From assembly GCA_964199315.1 (NCBI GenBank), contig OZ116709.1, forward strand, positions 2,728,001 through 2,792,000: a stretch of 64,000 nucleotides of DNA, written 5' to 3'. This document shows positions 62,012-64,000 of this stretch, one piece after another; position 1 is the stretch's first letter; each line of letters begins with the position of its first letter. The position numbers and the translations under genes were made by a program. This DNA comes from Orbicella franksi (lineage: Eukaryota). Below the pieces are notes generated by a model, which was not told the origin of the DNA, did not search any database, and saw nothing but the letters and a program-made list of their open reading frames with translations.

Positions 62012-64000
62012 ATGGGATTTAAAATCATTTCTAAGATAGCAGTTGCTTTAAGCATAGTTTTAGTAATAGTAGTTCTACTGGAATTTGCGTTGCTGAATTT
62101 ATACGTAAAAGAAACAGATGCGAACTTTCCCAAGGGAGCACACCCAGAAAGTACACCGGAAAATAGTATCGATGGAGTTGTCAACCTTGTCACGAAAGAC
62201 CCAAGGAATATCATGGCAACTTCATCACGAAAAGAAACAGGAGTCGAGTGGGACAAAGTCAAAACGGACGAGACAAAAAGGTAACTGTTTCAGTTAGCAA
62301 TCAAGCAAGCTAGCTAGTCTGACAGTTTAATTCTCGATTTTGGATTTCACTCCTGTTAGGTATTAAAGTTGTAGACAAAACAGAAACAAAATTACCTTTA
62401 TTTTTCTATCGGGTAAAGTAGGTTTTGTTTTCTTTCACTGAAACATCTCAACTTATATAGAAACGTATGAAGGATAAAACAACAACCTTTATTATTCTTG
62501 TTTGTACTACCCGAGGGTACACCCGAGGGTATAAATGGGAGAACCAGTAAACTGTCAAGGCAACCATGGTAGCTAAAATTATATGGGGTGGGGGGATCTT
62601 ACTAAACAGGCACTCCGAGGAAGTTGCTTTGTGTTTTGGAAACCAGAGTTTATGAGCCATGTAAGCTTGTAGTCAGATGTAAACTTTCTATTCATCCAGT
62701 CTGAGGTAGGTTATTCAAAATAATGTACAGAAAAAGACCTATCATCCATTGAACTGGTTAAGGTCTTCTTTATCTTATGAAAAGACATTTGGTATTCTCT
62801 CCACAGAACATTCACACCAAATCCTGTTGTTCACGTAAGTGCTGTGGTATGTGGAGAGCGATCAATGGAAGCTGCAACGATGCTCAAGTCCACATCATTG
62901 CTCACGAATAGAACAGTTCAGTTTCACATTGTTGCCGAGGATCACCTTCATGGTGAACTCAAAGACATATTCAGTGAATGGCAGACTGTTCAATCTGGAC
63001 AAGTCAGGTTCAAACTGTACTCTTTGCACTTTCCTCCTGGAGAAAATGCTGGGGAGTGGAAACGACTTTTCAAGCCATGTGCAGCACAGAGACTTTTTCT
63101 TTTAGTGAGTATACTGCCAATGCACATGCCATACAAATTCCTAATTGAGACACTGGTGTAAAAAGTGAAAAGTTTAAACTAGCTTGCAGTAAAGGCTTAT
63201 ATTATGCAGGGGAATCTTTTCGAGTTTAAACTCATCCATATTAATTTGTTTAATCATGACCTTGGGAAAGGCGCATAAGGGATTGTGGAGCTGGTCGAGA
63301 AAAGAGTCTCAAGGTGAGCACGCAGGTATCCATGATAACCCACATACTTATTACAGCCAGCAAAGGGGAGGGCCAGAGGTGAGGGAGCAAAGGCACACTA
63401 CAAGCACAGTTGACAATCAAAGCAACTAGATTTCCTTACAAAGCTGGAAAGGAAACCACATAAGCCCTGCAAAACCTTGTATGACTCACCCCTAAGAGCT
63501 TGGGCTGTTGATTAGCATTAGCTTGATTCAAGCTTAGCCTAAATTTTATTCAATTAAATTAAAATTGCATTTCATTATTTTAGCTGCATATAAAAGTGGC
63601 ACTAACAATGTTTCCCAATCAGCCTCCAGTGCAAAATGGAATATTTAATGTTGTGCATTTTTATCTATAATCTTGAAATTACTAACTTACCGGTGCTGGA
63701 CAAGTAATCAACTACAGCTAGATTTTTAAGTAACTGTAGCATTAATTTTTTTAATCCCTACAGGATGTACTAGATTCTGTTGACAGCATTCTGTACTTGG
63801 ACACAGATGTTCTTTTGCTCAGACCAGTGGAAGATCTTTGGAACCATTTTAAACATTTTGATTCTGCGCAGCTTGCTTCCATGGCACCTGAGCATGAGGA
63901 GGCAGCACTGTCATGGTATCCGAGATTTGCACGTCATCCATTTTTTGGAAAAACTGGAGTGAACTCTGGTGTAATGCTCATGAATTTAACAAGAATGCGA
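62012..64000 (+). CDS. GXYLT1: Glucoside xylosyltransferase (GT8 family, type II membrane protein), 5' part
   Basis: Exons 62012-62280, 62807-63104, 63764->64000. N-terminal signal-anchor. Motifs VVCGERSME...[25 protein letters not shown] (DxD), APEHE....[32 protein letters not shown]1 and GXYLT2 cannot be distinguished. Confidence 0.92.

Overview
Eukaryotic, intron-rich animal DNA. The repeat families and gene set suggest an anthozoan cnidarian such as a stony coral; this is inference, not confirmed. Genes in order: the 3' part of a SUEL/rhamnose-binding-lectin gene with a Pro/Gly/Lys-rich tail; a second, secreted tandem-SUEL lectin gene with a ~1,600-aa Cys-free low-complexity tail; a four-domain carboxypeptidase D; INO80B; POLD4 (-); AIP (-); TBL2 with two candidate alternative first exons; TMEM167/kish (absent from the ORF track); an intact ~1,335-aa minus-strand gene; and the 5' part of a GXYLT glucoside xylosyltransferase. 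Exon models were built by hand from GT-AG sites and phase matching. Introns and intergenic DNA hold many non-autonomous DNA transposons (Kolobok-, Harbinger-, Tc1/mariner- and possibly Merlin- and Crypton-like), a tRNA-derived SINE, a decayed RTE LINE and a TSD-flanked insertion with homopolymer tails at both ends. The best novelty candidate is the minus-strand gene at 55369-60891. It combines a Zisupton/KDZ-like transposase fold, an OTU-like fold and a CXC zinc cluster, and both enzyme folds appear to have lost their catalytic residues while the reading frame stays intact. It lies head-to-head with GXYLT, which fits a domesticated transposon. Next are the duplicated, membrane-anchor-less first exon of TBL2 and the giant lectin. 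No prokaryotic features, rRNA, tRNA genes or CRISPR arrays were found.
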